NCBI RefSeq assembly: GCF_016432865.1
Contig: NC_067398.1
Span: forward strand, 930,001-994,000
Length of the DNA stretch: 64,000 nt
Direction of reading: 5' to 3'
From: Antechinus flavipes
Taxonomy: Eukaryota
Shown: in pieces, positions 12,670-24,565 of the stretch
How the letters are laid out: each line of letters starts with the position of its first letter
How positions within the stretch are numbered: the first letter of the stretch is position 1
Program-made: the position numbers and the translations under genes
Notes under the pieces: model-generated
Told to the model about the DNA's origin: nothing
Databases searched by the model: none
What the model saw: the letters and a program-made list of their open reading frames with translations, nothing else

Positions 12670-13479
12670 TGCCACCGAGGGCTTCCTCCAGCCGAGCTGC
12701 CCGGCCTGGCAACCCCAGTGCGGAGGGCACAGCCCGCCGGGCCGCCTGGTGTGGGAGCCGCTGGGAGCCTGCAAAGACTTATGGAGAACTCGCATAAGAT
12801 GAGGGCTTACACAGGGGTCCCAAGGATGGACCCCAGGACCTCTCTAGGTCTGGGCTGGCATCACCCATGAATCAGTTGTGGGACATGGAAACGCCGGCCC
12901 AGGACTGCCTGACTCAGTGCCCACCTCAGGGAGGGCATATGTAACACAGGGAGACACCGGCCCAGGACTGCCTGACTCAGTGCCCACCTTAGGGAGGGCG
13001 TGGGATCCAGGAGTGAAGCAGAATCGCAGCATCAGCCTGAGATGCACAAATTTTGAGCCAACTCCAGTTGGATTTTACAGGACCTTGGATCTTGACCCTG
13101 GCATGGTTTCATTTGGTTCAGAACACCAGCTATGGCCAATTCATTCTCTGTTGTATCGGCCCAATGAGTCCCTCCCACCCCCCCTTCCCTTTCCCCTCCC
13201 CCACGCTCCCTCCCATCTTCTCTTGGTTTGCAGCTGGAGGTGACTGCCTGTCCCCCTCCCCATTGCCCCAAAGCTGGCGCCTTCCCCTGTCTCTGATGCA
13301 CACGGCAGTAGGAAGCTGTCTGCCCCTTAGACTGGACACTGCTCCCCTAAAGGCAGGGACTGATTTGTGCCTTTGCTGTACCCCAGAGCTCAGCACAAAG
13401 CATTGAGGTACAGTTGGCAGAGGGGAGGACCGCTGCTCCCCTCCTCCATCCTGTTACTCAGCTCCCAAGGCTCCTCTCT

Positions 13480-14900
13480 AGGTCTCATGGTCTCTGGCTT
13501 TGCTGCGCAGCGGCCCCGTGTCCGTGTCCGGACAGCTCCGAGGAGCTGGCGCCCTGTGAGGATCCTGACAGCATCTCGGGCTCCCAGGGATCCTGAAGGG
13601 TCTGGAACTGGGGGCAGCGCTGAATTCCATGGAGCCCTGACGCTCTGCGTCCTTAACAGGTGCTGAGCCCCAGAACACCCCCTGGAGCAGAGAGGATCCT
13701 CCCCGGGGCCAGCAGCCACCCTCGGTGCGCAAGGATGCAGCCCCCGTGTACAGCCCTCCCGTGACAAGGACAGCCCCCGCAGGACAAGGACAGCTCCCCC
13801 AGGACAAGAACAGCCCCCCCCCCCGGACGAGGACAGCCCTCCCCCCCCCGCGATGAGGACAGCCCCCCGGGGACGTGGATAGCGCCCCCCGACGAGGACA
13901 GCCCCCCGGGGCGAGAAGCCCACTCCCTCCACTTGGGTGAGTACCAGACTCCGGGCTCCCCCCAGACTCCGGGCTCCCCCCAGGCTCCCACACCCTGTGC
14001 CGAGAGCTCCCAGCTCGAGCTCATTCTCTGGCTCAGCTGCTCCGAAGCTCCTCCCCTCCTATCTTAATTGTAGGTGACAGCCCCAGGGCCTTCCTTTCCC
14101 CAGGGGACGCTAGGTGGCCATTCTCCGGGGCCAACAGGGTGAGTGGGATCAGAGAGCCCCGGCTCCCGGCTCCTCCCTCCCCAGCTCCCCCCTCCCCGGC
14201 TCCCGGCTCCTCCCTCCCCAGCTCCCCCGCTCCGTGGCTCCCGGCTCCCCGCTCCCCAGCGCAGACGAGAACCCCGGGAAGCCTACCTCGGGTGGCGGAG
14301 GAACACTGAGCGCCGGGTCAGGGCGTCTCCAAGCCAGGGGGACCCAGGAGAGCTCGGTGACGGCAGCCGGGGCCTGGGCGGGCTGGAGCCTTGCGGTCAG
14401 TGCCCCAAGGGCGCCATCGGGAACCGGACTCAATTCCGTCCTGTCCCACAGCATCTATTAAGTACCAAGTGTATGCTGGGAGACACGGAAAGATGGCGCT
14501 GTCCCGAGCGCCCCAGAGCACTAAGGACACGCGCACGGACCCGCCGGGGGCATCCCTGCCGCCTTGGAGGTTCCGGACCGGAGCGGGCGCTCCCCCGCGG
14601 CCCAAATCTGGCCTGGGGTCCCCGGGGCAGCGTGTCGGGCGGAGCTCGCGGCACCTGCGCCAGAGCACCTGCTCTCTAGAGGGAGGGGGCGGGCAGGGAG
14701 GGGCGAAAGCTGGGCCGCGAGTAACCCTGGGAAGCCAGCTTTGCTCGGGTTTGGAAAATGAAAAGGCTGGAAGCATAAAGGAACAGCAGGGGAGGGGGGG
14801 CTGCTCCCTTTAATTTAAGCACCTACTGTGCACGTGGGACCGAGCGCTGGGCAGGGGCCGGGACCGCAGACTGGGAGATTCGGTCTTCCCCCCCCCCCCA
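13480..14900. promoter_or_regulatory. CpG island, probable distal CALCR promoter
   Basis: Dense unmutated CpGs and GC boxes; CCAAT boxes just upstream (about 13135 and 13159); two strong + strand donors inside. The ATG exon has its own acceptor, so upstream exons must exist. Confidence 0.55.
14074..14138 (+). other. Candidate non-coding 5' UTR exon of CALCR (preceding candidate exon ends at 13936)
   Basis: Acceptor ctcctcccctcctatcttaattgtAG at 14072-14073, donor agg|GTGAGT at 14139; upstream donor tgg|GTGAGT at 13937 defines a 137-nt intron. No transcript evidence available. Confidence 0.45.
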
Positions 14901-15320
14901 ATTTGAGAACTGAGAAGACCAAGTGTACAGCATGCTCTAATCAGGGGGGCATCCAGGAGGGCTTCCTGCAAGAGGCGGCCTCCAGGGATGGGAAATCGAG
15001 AGTGCCCTGGGGGGGGGGAGGCCCGAACCAAAGAGATGGGGGATGGACTTGAAGGGGAGAGTTAGGGATGAGACCCCAAGGGGTCAGAGGAGCAGGCAGC
15101 CCTGAATGCCCACCAAGGAAGCTGTGCTTTAACCCCCAACCTAGAACACAGGCCGACCCTCGAGGTCCTCCCAACTCTGACCCCAGCCCACCTTTCTTAT
15201 TGCTCTGACTCCCCCTCATACCTTCCAGGCTTCAACAAGTCGAATTGCAGGTTGTACCCTCCCCATAGGGCACCTCTTCTCCCCTAGAAGTCATCCCCTC
15301 TCCACTCCCCCCCAGAGTCT

Positions 15321-15468
15321 NNNNNNNNNNNNNNNNNNNNNNNNNNNNNNNNNNNNNNNNNNNNNNNNNNNNNNNNNNNNNNNNNNNNNNNNNNNNNNNN
15401 NNNNNNNNNNNNNNNNNNNNNNNNNNNNNNNNNNNNNNNNNNNNNNNNNNNNNNNNNNNNNNNNNNNN
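15321..15468. other. Assembly gap (148 N)
   Basis: Run of N. Confidence 1.
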
Positions 15469-17667
15469 GTCTCCCTCCCCTCCCCCCGTGATCACTAACA
15501 AGGAGGGGGCCAGTGGTCCATGGGAGGGCAGCGGGGTTGCTGCCCCAGCTTCACCTTCGGGAAGGAGGAAGCTGACTGAGGGGGGGTCGGTGGTGCTAAC
15601 TGAGGGGGGGAAGTTCCGGCTGCCAGGGTCGGGTGTCCCAGCCAAGGCGGATTTTCCTTTTCCTTGTGAATACCAAGAAAGGCTGGCTGGAGCCGAGGGG
15701 TGTTCACCTGGCCAGGCCTGCCCTCCCTCCCACCCCGGTGTGCTGCCCTGGCTCCCCCCCACACCCTGCTCCCGCGGGCCCCAGAAGCCCTTGGGGGGCC
15801 ACACTCACTTCCCTTTTCCCCGGATCCCGAGCCTTGGGGACAGAACGTTTGGTCTATTTTTGTCTCCAGGCCTGGGAGGAAAGAGTGAATGCTCAGGGAC
15901 GGAGAGGAAAGGGGAACCGCTTACAGAAACCTCAAACGGAGGGGGGGGGGCTGCCTCCCCAAGTCAGGCCTCAGAATCAGCGCCCCCGGAGGGGGGGCGT
16001 TCTCCCCGGGAAGCCTCCCAGACCCACAGATCCCCCTCTGCTGAGCGGGTGGGGTCCTCCGCCCCCAGGCCTGAGAGCTACACGGGACAGAGGCTGCCTC
16101 TCATCTCCATGTTGGCTCCGTGCATGGAGATCCCGAACATGAGCCCCAGGAGGCATACTGGGATCCCTGGATCTCTGCTCTCCCCTCGGCTGGGGGCCCC
16201 CGAGGCTGCGGCCTAGCAAGTGCCTAATCTGCTCCTTCTCTGCATTTGCTCCAGGACTCCTGGCTCTTCCTGGAGGGCCTGATCTCCCCCCATCCCTAAG
16301 TCTCACACACATCCCCCTCTGGCTGTCCTCCAGCAGGTGCTCTTCCTATCACCGCCATCCCCCCCCATGTGACTCCTACACGCGAACAAGACTCCTGGTG
16401 CTGGACAGGGGACAGTGGACCCCCGGGGCCTTCTTCCCAGAAACTGGCCCCAGCCCAAAGCAGCCCAAGGGCAGCCTTCTTTGGTGGCCACATCATGGAG
16501 CTTCAGCAGAGCTTGCCCTCCCCTACAACCCCCTGATCTTCTTCACATAGCCATTGTGGGGGATACACTCACCCAGGAACATGCAAAGACCTTCCTGTGA
16601 TTGTAAGAACCTTCTGACTCGACAGCTTTAGGGGAGATGAGGGGGGATGGTCGCCGAGGTTCTCCTCCACGGTCACCCTGTTGTAAGAGGGACAGGGCTT
16701 TCATCTGCGCGTTCTCCTAGGCTGTGAACTTCGAAGTCCAAGAGAACCCTTGTGTCTGAGCCACAGAAGCAGCCCCAGTGGGGTGGAAATCTGGGGATCC
16801 GGGGCAAATCTGGGGCTCTGGGCCAAAGGGGACTTTGTCAGGTTTGGCCTGGAAGCCCTCCCCGGGGCTTCTCTGGAGGCCCCCTGCCTCTTCGCCTGGA
16901 AGCTGGCTCCTCAAAGTACACTCAAATTGCTGAAAAGTGATTAAAATGCACGGATGACTGGATGCAAAGCAGTACTGGGGGATGGGGTGCTTTAAAAACC
17001 ACTTAGGGGGGCTCAGCAGTTGGAAAACAAGAGCGCACCTAATTGGGGGCCGTTTGAAGAGCAGGCAAATGGCTATTTTGTCCTGAGAGTGTTGCCATGG
17101 GGATGTCACAACCTGGCAAAGACAGTGAGCTGGTGCCATGTCTATGTCCCAGTGTTTGGATCTGGAGCAGGGATGATCCTGGAACCCATGTGGACTCCTC
17201 GGAACCGGCCTCGCCTCCCAGAAGGCTCTGCTCTAGGCTGCGGGTCTCCTGAGCCCTGACTTGCTAATACATATGACCAGGGGTCAGTCAGACATTCTGT
17301 TCCCATGGAGATCCATGTATCCCCTCCTGTAGACAAGTGCTTGTTTAACCTCCAAAATAGAGGAGGAAATGGTGAGAATCAAGGAGAGGGAGGGACAAAA
17401 CAGTCAGAGGTCTACTCTGACCTAGGCTGGTCGACAGAGGCTAAAAGCTAGGGATTCCTGGCTAATGCACATGTTCTTCTGTGTTGGCTGTTTCCCTTTC
17501 CTTGGTATTCCCGAGCATTGAGCTAGCGTGCCAGGAATCTGGTCCTTCTCTGGGAGTGGGATCTAGCAGCAGGAGTGGGGAAGAGTGGAAGCATTTCAGG
17601 CATGGGGAGGCAAACTAAGCAAAGGGATAGAGATGGCAAATGGAGCTCTGAAGAGAAGCAATAATGG

Positions 17668-18250
17668 TAAAAACACACGGGGAGAAGGGATCAATAATCC
17701 TAAAAACACATGGGGAGAAGGGATCAATAATCCTAAAAACACAAGGGGAGAAAGGATCAATAATCCTAAAAACATGCAGGGAGAAGGGATCAATAATCCT
17801 AAAAACATGCAGGGAGAAGAGATCAATAATCCTAAAAACATGCAGTGAGAAGGGATCAATAATCCTAAAAACATGCAGGGAGAAGAGATCAATAATCCTA
17901 AAAACATGCAGGGAGAAGAGATCAATAATCCTAAAAACACGCAGGGAGAAGAGATCAATAATCCTAAAAACATGCAGGGAGAAGAGCAATAATCCTAAAA
18001 ACACATGGGGAGAAGGGATCAATAATCCTAAAAACACATGGAGAGAAGGGATCAATAATCCTAAAAACACACAGGGAGAAAAGATCAATAATCCTAAAAA
18101 CATGCAGGGAGAAAGGATCAATAATCCTAAAAACATGCAGGGAGAAGAGATCAATAATCCTAAAAACACGCAGGGAGAAGGGATCAATAATCCTAAAAAC
18201 ACACGGGGAGAAAGGATCAATAATCCTAAAAACACGTGGGGAGAAGGGAT
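17668..18250. repeat. Minisatellite, 33-bp unit GGGAGAAGGGATCAATAATCCTAAAAACA(C/T)(A/G)C, about 17 copies
   Basis: Visible tandem units; 11-aa periodic ORFs; one shortened unit near 17985 shifts the frames. Confidence 0.95.
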
Positions 18251-19745
18251 TTCCGTGCCCATGAAGCATCTGTTAGGTGCTTCCTGTGTGGGCACCAAGC
18301 CAGGCTGAAGAAGCCCAGGAGTTATGCCAGAACCCTTCAGGAACCACCAAAGATCTGGGGCCCGGGGAGTGCCAGCTTCAGAGCGGGACACTCCCGTGGT
18401 TTCCAGGAATGCTCTGGATCAAAAGAGAAGATTGCCAATACTTGTCACAAAATTAATCTCTAAACAGAAGCACATTGACGTTTTCTTCAGGCAAAGCTGA
18501 TTAAGAAGGAAATTAAATTCCCTTTTTGTTTTGAATGTGTTTCCTTTCTACTAAAGCCCTGTCCCACTGTCTCATCATGGGCACAGGAGACCCAAGGTCT
18601 TGAAGACTGACCAATCCCATGAGCTAGCAAAGAGCTGGGTCCCAAGCCCACGAGCAACGTTGGGACTGAGGACCGAGAAGTAGCCTAGCTGGGGATGGCA
18701 AGCAGGGGATATCTTAGCCCCGGCATAAGAAGAGAAGGTCCTCGGGAGGCACAGAGGGAGCCTTGCAGGCAGAGGTCAGGACCCGCACCTGAGTTTGACC
18801 TGGACATTTTGGCTGTGCCCCCCTGGGCCCAAATATGCAACTGCAAACTCTGGGAGGAAAGAAGGCAGGTCTTGGACCTGCTGCTGCTGAGAGGTCCCCA
18901 GGAACTAGCTGTCCTGATTCTTATGGGCAGACCCGCTGGGCCCCAGGACATGATCCCCTCACTGTGCCAAGAGAACTTTGATTTCTAAGACTGGACCCAG
19001 AGAGTGGCCATTTGAAAGTTACTAGGATAAAGCTCACAAGGCTTCCCCCCGCCTTCGTCCCAGCCATGAAACGGGCCTTCCCGAGTCTTTGGAGGCAATT
19101 GGAGAAGAGGAGCTTCCAGCCTCTTTCAGGGTCTTCCTGCTCTCTCAGGCCACTCAGCTGGATAATGGAGCCCTCCTCCCCACACCTAACACCCAACATT
19201 CCCTCAGCCTCCTCTCCCAGACCTTGGGCAGGTCAGCAGCCTCGCTCCAGGTCCCAGAAACAGAAGGAAATGTGCTGGTCCCAGATGGTGAAGGGGAGGC
19301 CCCGAGGCTGCAAAATGGCACCATTGTGGCATAAAAAGCTTCCATAGTACCAGAGGGGCACCCCATGGGCATGGATGACCTGGAGAGAACCAGGGAAGGT
19401 GTCACGGAGGAGCTAAGCTGACAGCGAGAGCCGAGGTGTGCACACTGCAGGCTTGTGGGAGAATCTTGCAAAAGCCAGAAGTGAGAGAGATTTTCAAGTT
19501 CAGAAAGCAACAAGTGGAGAGAACCGCCAGAGCGTGGCATGGAGGAGCTAAGCCCGGAATCAGAGCAAAGTTGTGAGGAAGCTTAAAGCCCGAGGCAAAC
19601 AGTTTGGACTCAGCCTCGAGTTTCCTGGGTGGGAGAACGGCCTGGAGATGAAGAAAAGCTTTTGCTCACAGAGCAAAGGCAAATGGAAGTGGGAATGGAT
19701 GTGAGACCGGCAGAATATTGAAGACCCAAGAAAAATGGCTGTAAT

Positions 19746-19890
19746 GGGAAGGAGATGGCTCAGTGGGTAGAGCACCAGCCCTGAAGTCAGGAGGACCTGA
19801 GTTCAAATCCAGCCTCAGACACTTAACAATTCCTGGTTGTGTGACCATGGGCAAGTCACTTAACCCCAACTGCCTCAGCAAAAGCAAAAA
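19746..19890 (+). mobile_element. WSINE1-type tRNA-derived SINE
   Basis: gctcagtgggtagagcaccagccctgaagtcaggaggacctgagttcaaatccagcctcagacactt...gggcaagtcacttaacccc followed by an A-rich tail. Confidence 0.85.
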
Positions 19891-22299
19891 GAAGAAGAGG
19901 AACAAACAGAAAGGTTGTCGCAATGGCAATCCCAAGTCTCTCCTTCCCCTTCCTTTTCCACTCCCCTGCCTCCACCCACCAAAATCGTCATTTCCTATAC
20001 AACACATCAGGACTTGCACAAAGAGTGGGTGGGGGCCATTCTTTCTCCAAGCTTATATATTAATAGAGTATGGTCCAATTACTATTTAGCCTCATGTGCT
20101 TGGGACCTCAGTGCATCAACTCAAGCCTCAGCCCATTACAAATGGCAACTAAGCAAATGGAGAAGAGGGGTCCACCACGAGGGACACTGCAGCTCTTGCT
20201 GAGTGAGAGCCAAGGATAACCCGGAGCCCCGATGGCTGAGGCATAATGTGCCCCCTGACAGAGGTTGAAAAGGAGGGGGAGATGGGGAATTCCTGAGGGT
20301 CGGACCCCACCAGCCCCAATTGTTCCCCGTGAGCCAGCTGTCACCTCAGTGGCCTTCATCCTGGGTCTCAGCAGCCAGGTGGCTCAGTGAGAGGGGTCTG
20401 GGCCTAGAGTCAAGAAGACCTGAATTCCAATCTGGTCTCAAACATTTGTTGGGTAAGTGATCTCGGGAAAGCTACTTCTTTGTCTTCCTCAGTTTCCTTA
20501 AACGTAAAATGGAAGTCAGGAGATGGCATCTGTGAAGCACTTGGCCCAGTGCCTGGCACAAAGAGGCGTTACTTAAGTCCAGTCCCCACGCTTCCCTTGG
20601 GCCTCCTGGCCTGATCTAATGTCCATCATCCACACTCTGCTTTGCTCAGCCCATCATTTCCTCCCATTGGAGAGCATTCCTACAGTGCTTAGTATACAGG
20701 AGGTGCTGATTAAATGCTCGTTCTCTTCCTTTCCTCTCTTCTCCATCCTCATCAAAGACCTGACCTGCTAACCCACACTCCCCTCACTGTCCCAGGAGAC
20801 CATGAGCACTAAAGGAAGAGAGTCACCGGGAGAACAGACTAGGTCCTCCAGCATGGAACCTGACAGAATGAGGAAGGACATTAGAATCAGTCAAACCCTC
20901 CTTCAGAGGGGATGTGTCCAGACCCGGAGATTTGCCGGCTATCACTCAGCTGGCTGACAGACCTGAGGCCCTGGGGTCTGCCTCCCACCCCTGACCTGCC
21001 TGCCCTTCACACGCCTCTTCAGGGGGAGGAACATGCTCCTCCAGACAGAACTGCTCTGAGGGTTAGAACCCAGGCTCGAGTCTCCGGCTGGACCCCCTCC
21101 ATCCTCCTGCATCCTCTGCCTGAGGAAGGAAATGAGCAGAACGAGGTGGGCTGTGACATGAGCAGGTCGTCTCCCTCCAAGCACCTCCCTTGGTGGGACA
21201 AGGGGGCGGCCCTGCAGACCCGCCTACTCTGAACCCCTTGGCCAGGCCCAAATCATCCCCTAGCAGCATGAGGGAACACCAGGATGTGCACCCAAGTGCT
21301 CCTTCAGCCCCAACTCAATAACTCAGGCTGCTGCTCTGAGTCCCTCGGGCTAGGAAAAATATGAGTATTACCATGAAAAAGTCCCTCCTTACACCCCTCT
21401 CACATCTCAGGTCCTCTCCCTCCTCATCAGTTAGGGTCAGAAGTGAGTGCCTTCCTGTCACACTTGTGTCATTGCATGTCCTTAAGGAGGGTTATGGCCC
21501 CAGGATATGGCCAGGGATGTGGGGACCCCGTCAGTCCCCGCCTCCCACAGACTGAGATCATCCTGAGTGGGCTAAAGCCAGACTGTGCTTGCTGGAGAGG
21601 CTCCCTACTCGCTTATTCAATCTTTCATCCCAGAGAATCCCAGTAAAGGGCCGAGTGGGGATCCAGGCTGATGCTCAAGGACAGAATCCCAGAGAACCCC
21701 CAGATCGCTGCTCCCATTTGTGGAGCCTGGGCTGGCAAGAGCTGGGAACAGACGAGGAGATGTTGAGAACTGGTCAGTCTGGTACCATTCTCCCAGAGTT
21801 CTGCCCCCCCCCCCACCTTCATCCCTTCATCTGCCTGCCTTGATGGGCACCCACTCCAGGAGCAAGGACTGCCAGGAGGAAACCAGAAAGGTAAAATGTC
21901 TACTTCCTCTCAGTTCTCCATTGACATTACTCTTTTACAGAGTCCTAATCTGACAGCATGCAGAATCCTGCCAAACCCCCAGCTCTGCCTCTCAGTGACA
22001 GCACAGCTCAGTAGAGGCAGTGTGGTTCAGTGGCAAGGGCACCGGACATGGAGCCAGGACACTCGAGTTCCAGTCCCACCTCAGATAGTCTTGTCACCTT
22101 GGACAAGTCCCTTGGTACCTCAGTTTCCTGATCTGCAAAATGGAGGGAAGAGAAATCCAACAGCCTCTAAGATCCCTTCCATCCCAATGGGACAGCCCAC
22201 CTCGTGGAAGAATGTCTACAAATGCCCTATGAAGACTTTGTCTGAGGCTGCTCTAGTGCGCGTGATTAACAGCCAGAGGAGAAAAATATGCTTCGAGTC

Positions 22300-23290
22300 A
22301 CCAGCCACGGGGGATTAGCCTTATGGCGACTGTAAAGTTCCATGGCACACTCACACAATTGGCAAAGATGACAGAAAAATGAAATGGTGAAGAGAGGCTG
22401 TAGGAGGTCGGGCAGAGGACGCAGGGTTGTGATTTGGTGGTTTGAACGATGGCCCCAAATCACCCAACTGCAGCTGCCTTTGATTCAGCAACTTTACTAT
22501 GGGGCCAGAGGGCAATCAAGGACAGGGGGAAAGGAACCACACGGACAAACACTCAGAACAGCCCCGATTGTCATGGCCAAGAATTGGTCTGCTAATTGGT
22601 CTCCAGAGCTGTACTCCAAAAGATCATTAAAAAGATCATTAAAATCATGTACAAAAAGGTTCATAGCAGCCCTTTCTGGGGTAGCAAACAAGTGGAAATT
22701 GAGGGGATGGCCGTCAGTCAGGGAATGGCATAAGTTGTGATACATGGTTGTGACGGAGCACTTCTGTGCTACAAGAAATGGTGAGTGGGCAGACAGCAGA
22801 AAATCCTGGAAAGCTTCGAGTGAGCTGCTGCTGAGAGAAGTGAGCAGAACCAGGAGAATGTTGCGCACGGTAACATCACGTGGTCCAGTGATCAGTTGTG
22901 ATCGACTTTGCTCTTCATAGAAATCCATTGTTTCAAGACAGTCCCAGATGGAGAATGCAATCCACCTCCCGAGGAAGAACTATGAATGCAGACCAAACAC
23001 ACTAGTTTTACTTGGGGAGATGGGGAGGATTATTCCTGTTTTCTTATGTTTTTTTTTCCTTTTTTGTTCTGATTTTTCTTTTACAACTTGACTAATGTAG
23101 AAATCTGTTTAACCTGATTGCCCATGGATAGCCCACATCAGACTGACTGCCATCTTGGAGAAGGGGGAAGGAAGAGAGGGAGAAAATTGAAACTCAAAAT
23201 ACCATAAAAATAAATGTTAAAACTATCTTTACATGTAATTGTAATAATTAAAATAGTACAAAATAAGATAATAAATAGCAAGAAAAAGCA
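22300..23290 (+). mobile_element. L1 ORF2 C-terminus plus 3' UTR and A-rich tail
   Basis: Degenerate LAKMTEK, PFDSA and FIAALSGVANKWK segments, followed by marsupial L1 3' UTR. Confidence 0.75.
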
Positions 23291-23319
23291 AATAATAAAC
23301 AGCAAAAAAATTAGAACTA

Positions 23320-23620
23320 AGATAGGTTGCCATCAACTGGGAATAGGCTGAACAAGTACCTAACAGGGATTGAATTTATTGCATAATAATAAATGAGTAA
23401 CATCATGCACTTGGGGAAACAAAGCAAGACCCACACGGATTTGTGCAGAGCGATGTCTCAGGACCAAGAGAAGCAGCTGTACGATTCTGATAATCAAAAG
23501 GGGAAGAAGAGAGCCCCCCAAAGCCTTGGGACGCAACCAAGCACAGGTGGTGATGTCCAAAACCTAGGGAGGGGAGACTGGCCTGCCTGGCAGGCTGGGC
23601 AGACAAGAGGCGGTTCTCAG
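23320..23620 (+). mobile_element. L3/CR1 RT fragment
   Basis: Weak match to the CR1 KCKVLHLG region (aacatcatgcacttggggaaac). Confidence 0.4.
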
Positions 23621-24035
23621 ACAGGACCAAGGGCCTTTGCTGTGACTGGGGCTGTCATGGTGGAGGATTTCTCCTGGGATTCAAGGGGACAGCCTGTGGC
23701 TCTTCTAGACTGGGGGAGGGAGTGTTATGGCCTTTCACCCATTGACTAACTCTGAACAGTCACCAGGCCAGGGTGGTCGCACTGATGCTCAGGACTGAGT
23801 TTTCGTCCCATTCGTAAGAACAAAGACGGCAGGACTCTCTGCTCGGCCCGAGTGTTCGGTCTGCTGTGGCCAATAGGCCGCTCCGGATCGGGTCAGAGAA
23901 TGCAACCAGATCAGCAAGGGGAGTGGCGGGGGGAGGCCAGACTGCTTCTTTTCTTGGGTCTCACAGAAGCAGCAGCACCACAATTAGGCCCCCCTCCACA
24001 CGTGCACACATGCCCTGCTCACAGAAGCACCAGTC

Positions 24036-24565
24036 CCCCCTGCACAGATGCATACAACACCAGCCCCCCTGCACACATGCATACAGCACCGCCCCGCCTG
24101 CACATATGCATACAGCACCAGTCCCCCTGCACACATGCATACAGCACCGTCCCCTCCCCTGCACACATGCATACAGCACCACCCCCCCTGCACACATGCA
24201 TACAGCACCAGCCCCCCTGCACACATGCATACAGCACCGTCCCCTCCCCTGCACACATGCATACAGCACCAGCCCCCCTGCACACATGCATACAGCACCA
24301 GCCCCCCTGCACACATGCATACAGCACCAGCCCTCCCCTCCCCTGCACAGATGCATACAGCACCAGCCCCACGCCTGCACACATGCATACAGCACCAGCC
24401 CCCCTGCACACATGCATACAGCACCAGCCCCCCTGCACAGATGCATACAGCACCAGCCCCCCTGCACACATGCATACAGCACCAGCCCCCCTGCACACAT
24501 GCATACAGCACCAGCCCCCCCTACACAGATGCATACAGCACCAGCTCCCCCACCCCTGCATACAT
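24036..24565. repeat. Minisatellite, about 29-bp unit CTGCACACATGCATACAGCACCAGCCCCC, 18 copies
   Basis: Visible tandem units. Confidence 0.95.

Noticed and set aside
9546-15617. Isolated TF motifs (AAAGGTCA at 9564, TGGAAAAT near 14753, GGGAAGTTCC at 15608)
   Set aside because: Single short matches with no independent support.
17585-18391. Hydrophobic 11-aa repeat ORFs (FLGLLIPSPCV / GEGINNPKNT)
   Set aside because: 33-bp minisatellite; a shortened unit breaks the frame; no sign of coding constraint.
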